Shown: positions 51,541 through 63,621 of the stretch, piece after piece | How positions within the stretch are numbered: the first letter of the stretch is position 1 | How the letters are laid out: each line of letters starts with the position of its first letter | Assembly: GCF_009834535.1 (NCBI RefSeq) | Contig: NC_045696.1 | Coordinates: forward strand, 110,176,001-110,240,000 | DNA from: Camelus ferus | Taxonomy: Eukaryota | DNA length: 64,000 bases | Reading direction: 5' to 3' | The notes under the pieces: generated by a model | The model's database searches: none | The model's input: only the letters and a program-made list of their open reading frames with translations | What the model was told of the DNA's origin: nothing | Position numbers and translations under genes: made by a program

Positions 51541-54500
51541 AAGCCTAACACCAGCCCAACCAAGAAGTCAACATCAGTGTTACAGTACGTAGTTCTCGGT
51601 GAGACACTAGCACAGAAAACTGGACTTAGTTACTTAACAACTCTGAGATCTAGTTTCCCGGTTTCCTCATCTGTTAAATACCCTGCTTCCCTTATCGACC
51701 TGTGTGGGTCAATGTGAGGCTCAAAGAAGCACTTCTCAGACTTCTCTGTGCACGACAGCACATGGTCATCGTGATACAATGCAGATTCCCACTCAGCAGC
51801 TCCTCGCTGAGACCTGAGGCTGCAGGACTAGCGAGCTCCTAGGTGATACTGATGCTGCTTTTCTCTGAGCACACTTCAAGCAGAAAAGAGATGAACAATT
51901 TGAGAATATTTTTGCATACCACAAAGAGATTTGCAGATATAAATAATTATTATCCTGGATTGACTCTGATCATAAATGAACTCCCAACTAGCCAGCACTG
52001 TCAGGATATGTTTAGTGTAGGTAACAGAATTTTATATAGCCGCATGATTTTGGAATTAGAAAGAATTTAAGTGGTCACTGCTCTCTCCTCTTATTTTCCA
52101 GACAAGGAAACAAACTCAGAGAAGTCAATGATGCTCCCAAAATCTCACAATAACTCAGTGTGCTGGGATAGGAAGTAGAAATTTGACTTTTCTTCCTGTT
52201 ATTACATAAATTCAGTTGTTAACTTTCTCAAGAAGAAAGGGTAATTTTTATTCTTCTGCTAAAGCAAGAATAAATATTACTCTGGCCCAAATCTAAAAAG
52301 GTACCAGAAGGCAGCATACATCAACATGGGTCACCGTGGTACCAAATGTAAGTAAAGGGTCACAGGACAGACATCAAGAGATTTTCAAACAGAAGTTCTT
52401 CAAAACGTAGTGATCTCCACCAAAGTTATGTCTCACACGTCCAAAATGTGACTTGAGCACAAATTAACTTCTGTGTATCTCATGGCAAAAACAACAGTTT
52501 TTATATTCAATATATATGCACCAAGTCACTCCTATTTGGGAACAATTAGAAAAAGAGAGAACTTGGGGTTGCAAATAAAAAAGGGAAAGAAAATAATTAC
52601 CTGAGGAGGAGCAGTGATCTCTGTGATCATCCCTGGGGACAAATAAAGGAACCTCAAGATTTTTTATCCCTGACACTTAAATTATATTGCATCTCTGAGA
52701 TCGTGGTGAGTCCTAGGAGCTAATAGCAGAAAGTGAAATGTAGGGCCTCAGCAGTGAAAGACAAGAGTCCAAACTCCAAGTCCTAAGTCAGAAAGGCATT
52801 GACTAACCTGGAAATCAAATCAGACTGGGGAAGAAAGAAGCCTCTTAGTACGCAAGGCTCCAAGAAAGCAACATAAATTTCAAAGTGTTCTGGTGAAATT
52901 AGGAAGGAGTACTTATCGAGCAAAGAATGGTAAATGGAAATCAATACTTGCATATACATCATTAAGATGGATAAAATGCTATTATTAGCATCTTCATTTG
53001 TTGAGCATGTTCAAGCATTTTAATCAAGGTAAAATGTTCTAAGAACTTCTATAGGTTTACTTCTATACTCCACCCCCAACTGTCTCCACCATAGTGTGTT
53101 TAACACCTCAAAAATTCTCCCACCCAGGCAATTTCCCAGAATCTATTCTAGACTGTAGAATTTTTAACCTATTTTTGTGCCATGAACTGCCCCCTCCCCT
53201 ACTTGGCAGTCTACTGAAGTCTAAGGAGCTCCTTAGAATAATCTGTTAGGTGCACAGAGAAAATATATAAGATTAGAAAGGAAGCCAATATATGGAAATA
53301 CTCCTCTAGCCACATAGCCCTCAAAAGAGTCCATGGACCCAATTTAAGAACATCTGGTTGGGGAATGACTCTTGTAGGGTGCTAAAATATTTTTCTCATA
53401 GGAAAGTTTATGTAGAAAAGTTTTAAAAAACCCAAGGATGCCCAGTAAAAAATCTTGCTCAGGAACAGTCAGTGAAGAAAAGAATGAGTTGCAAAGGGAA
53501 GCCTGACCTTGAATTTCTGCCCAAACTCAACACTATTCATGCTGTGGCTTTAAAATCCTACATTAAGGAATTACTCAGAATTTTCTTGGCTCCAGCCTTG
53601 TAGACACAGCATATTCTGCGTACTGATGGCAGGTGAAGAAGCGCAGCATTGGAGAAGGCAAGATTGAGATGAGCCTGAGGCTGGGTCCGAGTTCTCTAAC
53701 TCATTCTCTGTCACTAAGCAGCTGTGTTAGCTCCATCAAGTCACTCAGCTCTGAGCTGAAACTCCCTGTCTACAAAACGAGAAGGTTGAATGAAACCATC
53801 TCAAGGGTTTCTTCCAACTCTAAATGATTACAGTTCTAAGACAATGCACAATCATTTCTCTGAGAAGAAATCAGTGAGATTTCTTCTTGCCCTAGATTCA
53901 CAGCATGAAAATACCTTCTAGATGAGAATTTTTCAGATCTGTCAAAAATCTCTAATGAAAATCAGCTGACCACAGAATTGTAGGCTTGGAAGGGATTTTT
54001 TAAGAGGCAAACACCACATCTCACCAATCCCAGTGACCGGGTGAGAAAACTGAGGTTCAAAAAGGCAAAGAAATTTATCTGAGGACACAAAATGAGACAA
54101 TGTTAGTGGACTGTCATGATCTCTGCCACCTAGGACCAGCAGGATTTTAGGATTCGACATTTGTAGGGAAAACTAGCTCATCAGTTCACTTGAAGAAAGA
54201 CAAAAATAAACCTCAAATAAGCTGAGTTGCAGGACGGGAACGGCAGGAGGAAGCAGGTGACTGGGGTAATGACTCCCAGCAGCAGTGCTCTCTGCCTCGG
54301 GCAGGGTCAAAGACTGTATACACTGCACCCTCACTGGCAAGTGCACCACCTCCCTCAAATACCATGGCTACAAAATCCACCTCAAAGAACAGTCAGTTAC
54401 AAAAAATAGAAAAACAGATATTTCAAAAGAGGGGAATGGATGAACGAACTCTGGCTAGTAAGGTCAATAAAACCAAAGTTCAAGATTTGGATTGTTGTTA

Positions 54501-55112
54501 CAATCTCAAAAGGACAGAATTAGCTGAGACAATCTTAAAACACATGTTAGGAATTTTTAAGTTTTAGAAGAAACTGATTCAGAAACAACTTTGACCTTGT
54601 GTGGACAGCCCTGAGATACAGTAACTACTTAATGAGCATTACTTTTACTAATACCCTCACCACTATCTTCAAAGCATGTAATTACTGAATACTGGTCAGG
54701 TTTGAAGGTCACATGTACTTCCACAGTCCCATTCATGTTTGTAGACTAGTTTTATTAGCAAAGAGATAGAAACTATGAAGTTGTCAGTAATTTTGACTGA
54801 ATTGATTTCAGCCTCACATTCAATTAACCATCATGTATGCCAAGTGCTTTCAAAACTGTGGTATGATGCTTAATTGTCAGCTTTCCCTTGTCTTTTCCCA
54901 CACACAACCAGCAAAGTAATCACATTCATGCCTCAACACACATTTCTCCTACCTTATATAAACATCTCGGCTTTCAGAACTTTAAAAAAAATTTTTTAAA
55001 GATTATCTTTGGGAACTGACACAGTCTTTCAAAATCTTCTAGACTAGAGGCTACACACCACTGGTTTGCCAGCCCTGTATTTCATCTTCTCCAGGAATTC
55101 CCAGAGACAGGA

Positions 55113-55126
55113 GTGCCATCTACTGG
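55113..55126 (-). promoter_or_regulatory. Candidate CTCF binding site in intron 1
   Basis: Minus strand CCAGTAGATGGCAC fits the CTCF core CCASYAGRKGGCRS; motif match only. Confidence 0.55.
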
Positions 55127-57758
55127 CAGGGAGGGCACAACTTGTTTTCTGGAAGCCTGTGGGTGACGTGCCAAGGACCTGAAAGAATGGCAGTCTAGAT
55201 TGGTGTCTTTGTGAGCCTTTCTTTTCTAGAGCACATTACAAGCATAAATGATGCTAACCACCTAAGACACGGAACTTCACAGGGACCCCCTGATGGAGGG
55301 CAGGTTTTCGAGAAGCCACAGAAAGCCCAGCCAAGCTAGCCAATTGTGAGGTCACTCTGCCTGGAAATGCTTCCTCAAGGCTCCAAAGGCAAGCAGCTGA
55401 ATTAAACACTTCGAGCTCTCCTTTCCCCCAGCGCTTCTGTATCAGATGATCTCACCCGTCCCCAACCTGTGGCAAATGTTATCCCCCTCCATCTTACAGC
55501 AAGCGACCGAGGGCAGGTGCTCAGAGCCCTCGCAACGTGAAGGCTCTTAGATTTACACAATGTGACATAGATCCTGCTCAAAGGACCCTACTGCTTAGGC
55601 ATGCAGGTCGGACTCTAATCTCTCTCATTCACTCTCTGTCCTCCCTGTCCCTGACCCAGGGGACAGAAAAAGCAGAAAGGAAATGATTTTGTTGTTGCTT
55701 TGAAAGCCAACACTAGTGGGTTTTTATTGAATCAGAGAATAAAACCTTGTCCCGTAGGTCACCAAGGTATGTTGCTTCCCTCAAAATGAACTAAGGCTGC
55801 CAATCTTCCCGTCTTCCCTAGTGTACACTAAGTGTTTCTCAACCTTTTCAAAACCCCTGCCGCCCTTCCACAGGCTCAACATAAACACTGCTTGCCCTTT
55901 GTGTAGTTTATATAACAAAAGTGACATTTTTCTCTCTTGACACAAAAGCATGTACCTTTTCAAACTATACCACCTACTCCAGCCTTAGAATTCCTTCCTC
56001 CACTGCATACCAGCTCAAAAACAAAACACAGACAAATCGTAAAAGTCTTCCCACTAATTTGCTTTATGTCCCAACCAGGTGACAGATTTCACTTTACGAG
56101 GGTCGTCTGTTATATTCCCAACAAGCTCTGCAGCACGTCCTCTGTCACTTTCATTCATCCCAGAAAACCACCAGAAGTTGATTTGCTGCAGCTGATAAGT
56201 GTTAATTCTGATTCCCCCTAACAAATCTAAGTGTTCCGTCTTCAATTTGCTTTAATTTACCAAGTAAATTGATTTCTTAGCAAGTGCAGGCTTTTCACAG
56301 GCAAGGGGTGTGTCTTGGATGTTTGCAAAAGTCCTAAAGAAACAAAACTTTGTGTGGGGAAGGTAAGCGTAATAAAAGGCCTTTGAAGCAGTGTCAGGAT
56401 GTCTCTGAGGAATCAGTAAGAAAGATTCTCGTCCATCTCCTACCAGAATGAGTTCTAAATGGATGACAGTGAAACTCCAGAATACAGCAAAATCCTCCTA
56501 ATGACAGTTAGTTGAACCATTTCTTACCGAGGAGACTGCTGGGTATATTCAACAAATTAACCAGTGGAAAACTGAAGGGACTTTTTATATTTCATTATAA
56601 GACGTACAGTATGCCCTTGCTATTGCAGGTCTGGGGAAATGGAGAGGGAAAGAGAGGCAGGCGATGCCTTCCTTTTTAAAGTATGACTTAAAGGAGACAT
56701 TCCCCGTCCCCGTTCCCTCGCCCCGCCCCCACGCTGCTTTTGGCATCCAAGGGATCTTCTTTAAACACGCACTTTTCAAAGAATTAAGATCTAAATGGGT
56801 GTAATTTAGACTTTGTCTTCCCTCCTCCCTACAGCCTATTTACATGCTGAAAATATGTCATTACTTGCTTAGGCAGCCAGAAAAACCTAAGTTTACAGAG
56901 ATAATCCCCTATCCCCCCTCCAAAAAAAAAGATTTTCTCGAAGGAGAATCTCAGTGTGATGGTCTGGTCTGCAGTTCACTGCAGGCATCTCCCTCCTCAC
57001 AATTAGCAGTCATCAGTTTCGCTGCATCTGTAATTTCTCATTGTAGCTTCTCATTTAGACCTCTTATACCAGTACCCAACTGCTTTAAGGAAAACATTTC
57101 TTTTTTTATTTTCCTCCTCTGAACGAATCTCAGGATTTCTTCGGCAGGCTGAAAGCGTTCAATTTCGGTGCAACTCTGGGGTGAGAGCTGGCGTGCAGGT
57201 CCGGAGAAGCCTTCCAGCGGCGCACCTGGGCTCGGCCCACCGGTCCTGCCCCCACCCCCGCCCTCACAGCTGCGCTAAGAATTCGGCTTCGCTCGCAGCC
57301 GCCAGATTAGTTCGAGTCCCGCGGCTTGGCCAAAGTGACACTACATTTTTTTTCCCTTCGTTCTCACCTGTGACAGGTCCCACTGCATTAAAGCCATCTT
57401 CTCCCGGGCCCTACCCCAGGTCTGGCGCCCGAGACGCCCCCGCCCCACCACCCTTCACCTTTTACCTGGGGAGGGGGCCCAATACCAGCATCCCTCCGGG
57501 CGGGGAACAAAGGCGGAGGCGAGGCTGCCAGGTGGGCAACTCCCCTCGGGTGCACCCGTCACCGCGGTGAGAAGGATGGTGAGGTGCATTAGAGGGTAGA
57601 AAAAGGGAAACCGAGGCACCGAGGAGGATGGCTGAGCCCGGGTCTGCATCCTCCCTGAAGCGAGGCTCCCGGGGCTTACAGACTCCAGCCCTCCCCCAGC
57701 CCCGTTCCCCGCACCCGGCCGCAGAAGGGCAGGGGGGCCTTCCCGCCGCGGTGCTTAC

Positions 57759-57840
57759 CTCGGGAGAAGCGCTCCGGCTCCCTCCGACGGCTCTGGAGAA
57801 AGCCCCGCCGCTCGCGCACGCGCACTCGCGTTCTCGCGCC
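57759..57840 (-). other. TMEM108: TMEM108 exon 1 (non-coding 5' UTR); 5' boundary/TSS approximate
   Basis: Minus strand reads ...GGCTTTCTCCAGAGCCGTCGGAGGGAGCCGGAGCGCTTCTCCCGAG|GTAAGCAC, a consensus donor inside a CpG island. It matches my recollection of the human TMEM108 mRNA 5' end (not database-verified). Confidence 0.85.
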
Positions 57841-57967
57841 TTCGCGCCCCCGCGCGCGCCCCTCCGACCGGGCTTCGGCCCGCCCCGGGCCTGTCCGTCA
57901 GCGTCCGCGAGAGCCAATCCAGTAGCACGGGAGGACGAGCGCCGGTCACGTGGTTGGGCCAGCCAAT
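57814..57967 (-). promoter_or_regulatory. Proximal promoter motifs: NRF1-like site, GC box, two CCAAT boxes and an E-box
   Basis: GCGCACGCGCA 57814-57824; GGCCCGCCCC 57877-57886; CCAAT 57914-57918 and 57963-57967; GTCACGTG 57945-57952. Confidence 0.7.
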
Positions 57968-58094
57968 CACCAAATTGCCCTCGGCAGCGCCGGCTCCGAT
58001 GTCCCTGGGGGTTCGGTTGCTACCGAGTAGAGCCGGTGCGAGACAGGCACAAAGGGCTGAGTTTCTGTTTGGGGGGCTGATTGATCAATTACTA

Positions 58095-58266
58095 GATCAA
58101 ATGATATCTCACATTCTTAATATGAATAGGCATGACCTGAGCATCTTGTTAAAGAATGGATTCTGATCCACAGTCTGAGATGAGTACCTGATATTCCGCC
58201 TTTCTGAAAAGCTCCAGGTGGTAATGATGATGCTCCTGGTCTGAGGACCACGCTTTAAGTAGCAAG
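58095..58266. mobile_element. MER5A-like hAT element (similar copies at ~51725-51885 and ~60580-60745)
   Basis: AAGCTCCAGGTG...GATGCTCCTGGTCTGAGGACCACGCTTTAAGTAGCAAG. Confidence 0.7.
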
Positions 58267-59367
58267 ATTTTAAAGGCACCTGTCAGAAAGTGATGGTAAT
58301 AACCCCCATTCCATGTTAATCTGAAAGTTTCGCAGCCTTTTCTTTCCTCCAGTGATGGAAAGCATTCCAGTGACTGGCCAAACAGGAGGTGTGCTGGTGA
58401 CGCTCAACAATTTGGGCACAGGCTGAGGGAAGGTATGGTTAATTTCAACATCACCCACCCGTAGTCCATGGGGCAGCAGCCTGTGCCAATTTGGTGGATG
58501 CTCCCCGTTGGGAACACTAGGCCATCCTAAAGTGTTGGGCATGTGTGTCGCTGTGCTAGATTCTTGGCTAGAGAAACAACATAACTTGCTGCTTTCTGGA
58601 AATTTGCAGTCTGTCACAAAACTACACAGGCAAACTCAGGAAGAAACATATAGGAATAACACGCAGGGAGCTAATTGTCCCAGCATCTTTGACAATTCAG
58701 GCCAGAATTGTCCAAAATAAGCCAAAGAGGCTGTAAAATTTCCTATCTTAGGCATCTTTAAAATTGTTCAGATATTCTTCTGTCAGTAATTCCATAGTCT
58801 GGAAGTCAGGAAGCCCAAAGCCTCCGTCATCTCTCCAACTTGACCTAAGTCTTAAGTATTTTCAGACTGGCTGCATAGTTAAGCTCTTATTACCCGATAC
58901 TGGACCAAAGTGATTCAAAAGTCTGAGTTCTAAATTCTCCAAAACCTCCTTCCCCCAGCTTCCAGATCAGGAGGTGGGATCCTGCTTCAAGCAGCTTTCT
59001 CTCACAATTCATCAAGGTGATCAAACTGTCACTTAAAGAAAACCTCACCCTTGTAGGTGTGTCTTGGGCCTCTGGCTTATCAGGCCCAGAAGTGAAGCAC
59101 ACTTAACAATCTTAGACACTGTTCACCAGTGTCTCTATCAGAGATGGCATAGTACAAAAGTTAGAGTTGCAGGGAACATGTTGAATCTAGCACAACAGTT
59201 CTGGCTGCAGCAGGAGTAAAGAAATGTCTAACCAAGAAAAATATGTTGGATTTGAGAGTTACAGTTTGATGTAACCCTACCAAGTCTGGGTTACCTGTCG
59301 CTATTATATGGTTCCATACCACTCTCCACTTCCCTTATTGTAGATGTTACAAGTGTATTGTTAGAAA

Positions 59368-60030
59368 CCTAAACAAGCAACTCTCCAATGAAGACATACA
59401 AATGGCCAATAGGCACATGAAAAAATGCTCAGCATCGCTAATTGTCAGAGAAATGCAGATCAAAACTACAATGAAGTATCACCTCACACCAGCCAGAATG
59501 GCCATCATTAAAAAGTCTACAAACAATAGATGCTGAAGAGGGTATGGAGAAAAGGGAACCCTCCTACACTGCTGGTGAGAGTGTACATTGGTGCAGCCAC
59601 TATGAAAGACACTATGGAGGTTCCTTAAAAAACTGAAAATAGACTTGTGGTCCAGCAATCCCACTTCTCAGTATATATCCAGAGAAAAATAACACTCAAA
59701 AAGACACATGCACCCCAATGTTCATAGCAGCACTATTTACAATAGCTAAGACATGGAAACAACCCAAATGTCCATCAATAGATGACTGGATAAAGAAAAT
59801 GTGGTGTGTGTATGTATGTGTGTGTATATAGATATAGATATAGATATAATGGAATACTACTCAGCCATAAAAAAAGAATAAAATAATGCCATTTGCAGCA
59901 ACTTGAATGGACCTGGAGATCATCATTCTAATGAAGTGGGCCGGAAAGAGAAAGAGAAAAGCCATACAATGTGATATCACTTATACGTGGAATCTTAAAA
60001 AAAAAAAGGGACACAAATGAACTACTTATT
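59368..60030 (+). mobile_element. Young L1 fragment truncated at both ends
   Basis: ORF2 C-terminus plus the first part of the 3' UTR; stops near 60030, before the G-rich tract and poly-A tail. Confidence 0.88.
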
Positions 60031-61151
60031 ATTTATAACTTAGATGATTGATTTCTTGAATATGTATAAGCACATTTGACTGTCCTTTAGGATTAGATTA
60101 CTGCATTCTGTTGATTGTTAGTTTGTGGTTGGCTTTATTCTTTAATAACTATGTTTAAAAAGCCAAAGCTCTAAGCTGTTCTTAGAAACAATCATCAGTA
60201 CATATATGTCAACTAAAAAAATATGAACAGTATATTGTATACATGTATTTACATGCAACATATCATATATGTGCAGTCAAATTGTAACAATTCTACCTAA
60301 TAAAACTGACAAATGAAAAAAATGTATTGTAAATGCCTAGGTTTTTTCTTTATCTTTATCAACACTAAACTATAGCTTTCTTGCAGCTCATCATGTTTTG
60401 TTCATTACTGCATACCCAGCACCTGAGAAGGTGCGTGAGATGTGTTTCCTGGTATTCAAAAAAATACATGTTGACTGACTAAATAGGAAAAAAGTGAGTA
60501 AATGAGGTAAATTGAAAGTTTTTTTAAAAGAAAAACATGTTTGAAATTCTCAGAGAAAGTTAATTTTCTGATCTTTAAACCAGTAGTTCTCAAGCTTGGG
60601 TGTATAGTAACACTTTTAAGGAAATAGATTTTGGAGTCTTATACCTAGAGATTCTGCTTGCAGTGAAGAGTGGAGCCTGGACAACTCTTCAGTATGAAAA
60701 GTTTCACACGTGATTTGTATCCAGTCATGCTTGAGAACAGCTGCATAAACTGCTAGACCTAGGGACATTCTTTAACAAGGGAGAATTAACTTGGCAACAC
60801 AAATCACTGATGACATCAAGACTCTGAAAACAGAGGCAAAGTTTCTACATAATTTATGAGAAAAGATTTTTTTTAAAAGGCCAAAAATAATTCATAGGTA
60901 ATAAATACTCTGAAGACTATTCAGTGTAACAAATTGAAAAGCCAGGTTCACAACTAGATTTAATTCCAGTTGATTAAGCAAAAATTTCAAAAAAAACCTA
61001 TTACCTTTTTTTTTAACTACACCAAACTGATCAACTCTCCAGTGATATCTTGACTCATTTTATGCCCTTCTTAACTAAAAGTCAGTTTCTTTTTTTCCAC
61101 TGAGTACTTTAAATGTCTTTATTTTTTATATATGCATGTATGTTTTTATTG

Positions 61152-61259
61152 AAAAAATATGGAACACTTCACGAATTTGCCTGTCATCCTTGCGCAGGGG
61201 CCATGCTAATCTTCTGTATATCATTCTAATTTTAGTATATGTGCTGCTGAAGCAAGTAC
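61152..61259 (-). pseudogene. Full-length U6 snRNA retropseudogene
   Basis: Aligns end to end with the U6 sequence with 9 substitutions by my count, 5 at CpGs. The ACAGAGA box is mutated to ATACAGA. An A-rich tail follows on the minus strand (~61151-61118). Confidence 0.95.
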
Positions 61260-61355
61260 TAAAAGCCAATTTCTATTTGAACATTATTGAGAGTTATTCT
61301 TGGACCCTTTTCCCAAAGTGTGCAACAGCATCATCTAAACACAGATTCCCTGGTT

Positions 61356-61462
61356 GGGGGAGAGGGAGCGGGTATAGCTCAGTGGTAGCACGCATGCCTA
61401 GCATGCAGGACTCTTCATCCTGGGTCCAATCCCCAGTACCCCCATCAAAAAAATAAGTGAAA
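61356..61462 (+). mobile_element. tRNA-Ala-derived SINE (camelid Vic-1-like) with target-site duplication
   Basis: GGTATAGCTCAGTGGTAG (A box)...GGGTCCAATCCCCAGTACC (B-box-like), then an A-rich tail. TSD AAACACAGATTCCC at 61337-61350 and 61463-61476. Confidence 0.88.
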
Positions 61463-63494
61463 AAACACAGATTCCCAGGCCACCAACCAAACCCCCCTCT
61501 GGCATCTCTCCTGTAACAATTCTGAAGCCAGCACTAGTTAAATTTAAGTCCCAATTATACCTCCTGATACAGAACATCTATACATAGGCAAACTCTCAAG
61601 CTGTGCGATTATTTTATTAGCCATGATAAAGGAGGTGAGTCTATTTTAAAGTATTCCAAGAGAGTCTCAATTCTCTTTACTGGGATTTTACCAAATTCTA
61701 ATATTTTGTGACACAAAGTGATTAGTGCCTGGATCTTGGAAAGCTAGAATTGCATAGAGTTTTTCTGTGGAGTGATATTTGCTGTAGTGGAGTATGACCT
61801 AATTTTTAACTGAATTAGTGAAGCCCCCTCAGAACAGTCTGCCAACAACAGCCATCTTGCTTGAAAGTGACTTTATTTGCCACTTCAGAAATATGGAAGC
61901 CCGATGTGTGAGCTTTCGTATTTATGGAATATGGAAGCAATCTAACTTCCCTCTGCTCTGACACTTTTAAAAATACATTTCACAGCATACAAATGGGGGA
62001 GAAATTTTTCTCACCTTGTAAACTTGTAGCTTGATCTACTGGGTGAAATAAGGACAGTTTTCACTGATATTTAACTAGCCTCAGTAATTTAAAATTTTAA
62101 CTAGAAGAAAAGCATTTATTTTTCTCTTTGTGAGTGCCATCATTACAGAAAGAGGCAACAAGAAACAAAGAGATTCTCACTTGAAGACAAGAATTTGAAA
62201 AAAGAACATCCAGGCTGTCATTCATTTTCTGTTTCTCAGTCTGCTTGCCTCTCATGTATTACCCGTCTATCCTATCTCAGGAAATGGATCTGTTAATATC
62301 TGATTTAAATCAGGAGTAAGCTTAAGCAAGCCCTATTCCTGCTTTGCCCCCCAGAAACTGCTTAGCAAGAGACTTAGGTATATTTGAAAAGAAAAGAAAA
62401 AGATGGGATATAAAAAGCCAAGTCTCCAGAAATCCACCCCTTGCTCCGTTATGACCAGAAACCCCACAGACCGCTTTATGATTGCTAATTATGTTTTTCT
62501 CTCTCTAGCAATAAATAGCTCCTCTAAACTTAATTGATTTTATTCATGAAGATCCACAGATTACCCAAGATTCTAATCTCCATCTGTCATATGAATCTAG
62601 CCAGGATAACATTTTATGTCTATGTAACTGTGTTTAAATAGCTGGTACCTTTTTTCCCATTTAGTAGTATAACTGTGTACAGATTTAGCCTAACACACTG
62701 GACGTTTTAAGGTAAGTTTATATTCTTTGTGTTCCTTACATAGCTATAAAGCTATATACATATTTTTAGACTTTTGTAAAATATTTCATATTTAAAATGT
62801 ATGATATGCCCCCTACACCTCCCCAACTTAAGAAATAAAGCATTATGAATACAGTCAAAGCCCTCATGCACCCCTTCCAACAAGCTGAGTTTTTTTAGAT
62901 GGAGACATCACACTTAGCAAGCTTAGCCACAAAGAAGAGAGAATGGTTTATGAAAGAAAACACCATATTTTATGCATATAATAGAAAACATAAATGTAAA
63001 TGAGCAAAATTATTACTGCATAAGATGTCTGGAAGTTCCAAACCGGTATAAGAAAAAGATAACAGAGCCAGAAATTCCATATGGTCCAACTCCTGTGCAG
63101 GTAACTTTTGGAAGACAACACAAGTGTTGCAGAGCAGAGGTAAGATGAGAAATGGTCTCCTTCATTCAATTAAAAAAAAAAACCACATGAGCCCTGTCTT
63201 TTAGCTCATTTTAAATTAAGTAAGTCATCATAACTCAAAATAAAAAGTGTTATGTTACAAGTGAGGCACATACAGTATAAAAAAGGACAAAGAAGGAACA
63301 CCAGTTCTTACTGATGATATCAGGGAAGACATCCTACAAGAAGTGATGCCTGAATTGAATTCCAAAGAACTAATAAGAGTTAGCCAGCAAAGTGCTAGCA
63401 GAAGGGCCTAGCAGCAGACCATACAGAAGCACAAGAAGATGGAACATTGAGGAAGACAAAGTAGTTTAATTTGACTGGCTATGAAAGGGGAAAG

Positions 63495-63578
63495 AGCAAC
63501 ACTATGTACAGAACAGCCAAGACATGGAAACAACCTAAATGACCATTGACAGATGCCTGGATAAAGAAATTGTGGTAT

Positions 63579-63621
<43 letters not shown>

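Larger units (their letters stand above)
57140..58050. promoter_or_regulatory. CpG island / TATA-less promoter
   Basis: Sharp rise in GC and CpG density against CpG-depleted flanks; overlaps exon 1. Confidence 0.92.

Noticed and set aside
57181..58166. Overlapping 70-151 aa ORFs on both strands
   Set aside because: Typical stop-poor CpG-island ORFs rich in Pro/Arg/Ala/Gly; exon 1 is non-coding.
61118..61259. Functional U6 gene or U6-L1 chimera
   Set aside because: ACAGAGA box mutated, CpGs decayed, no evident PSE/TATA upstream; only a short A-rich tail follows, with no L1 body.
61365..61444. Functional tRNA-Ala gene
   Set aside because: Has an insertion and substitutions in the T-arm region, an A-rich tail and a TSD, so it is a SINE.
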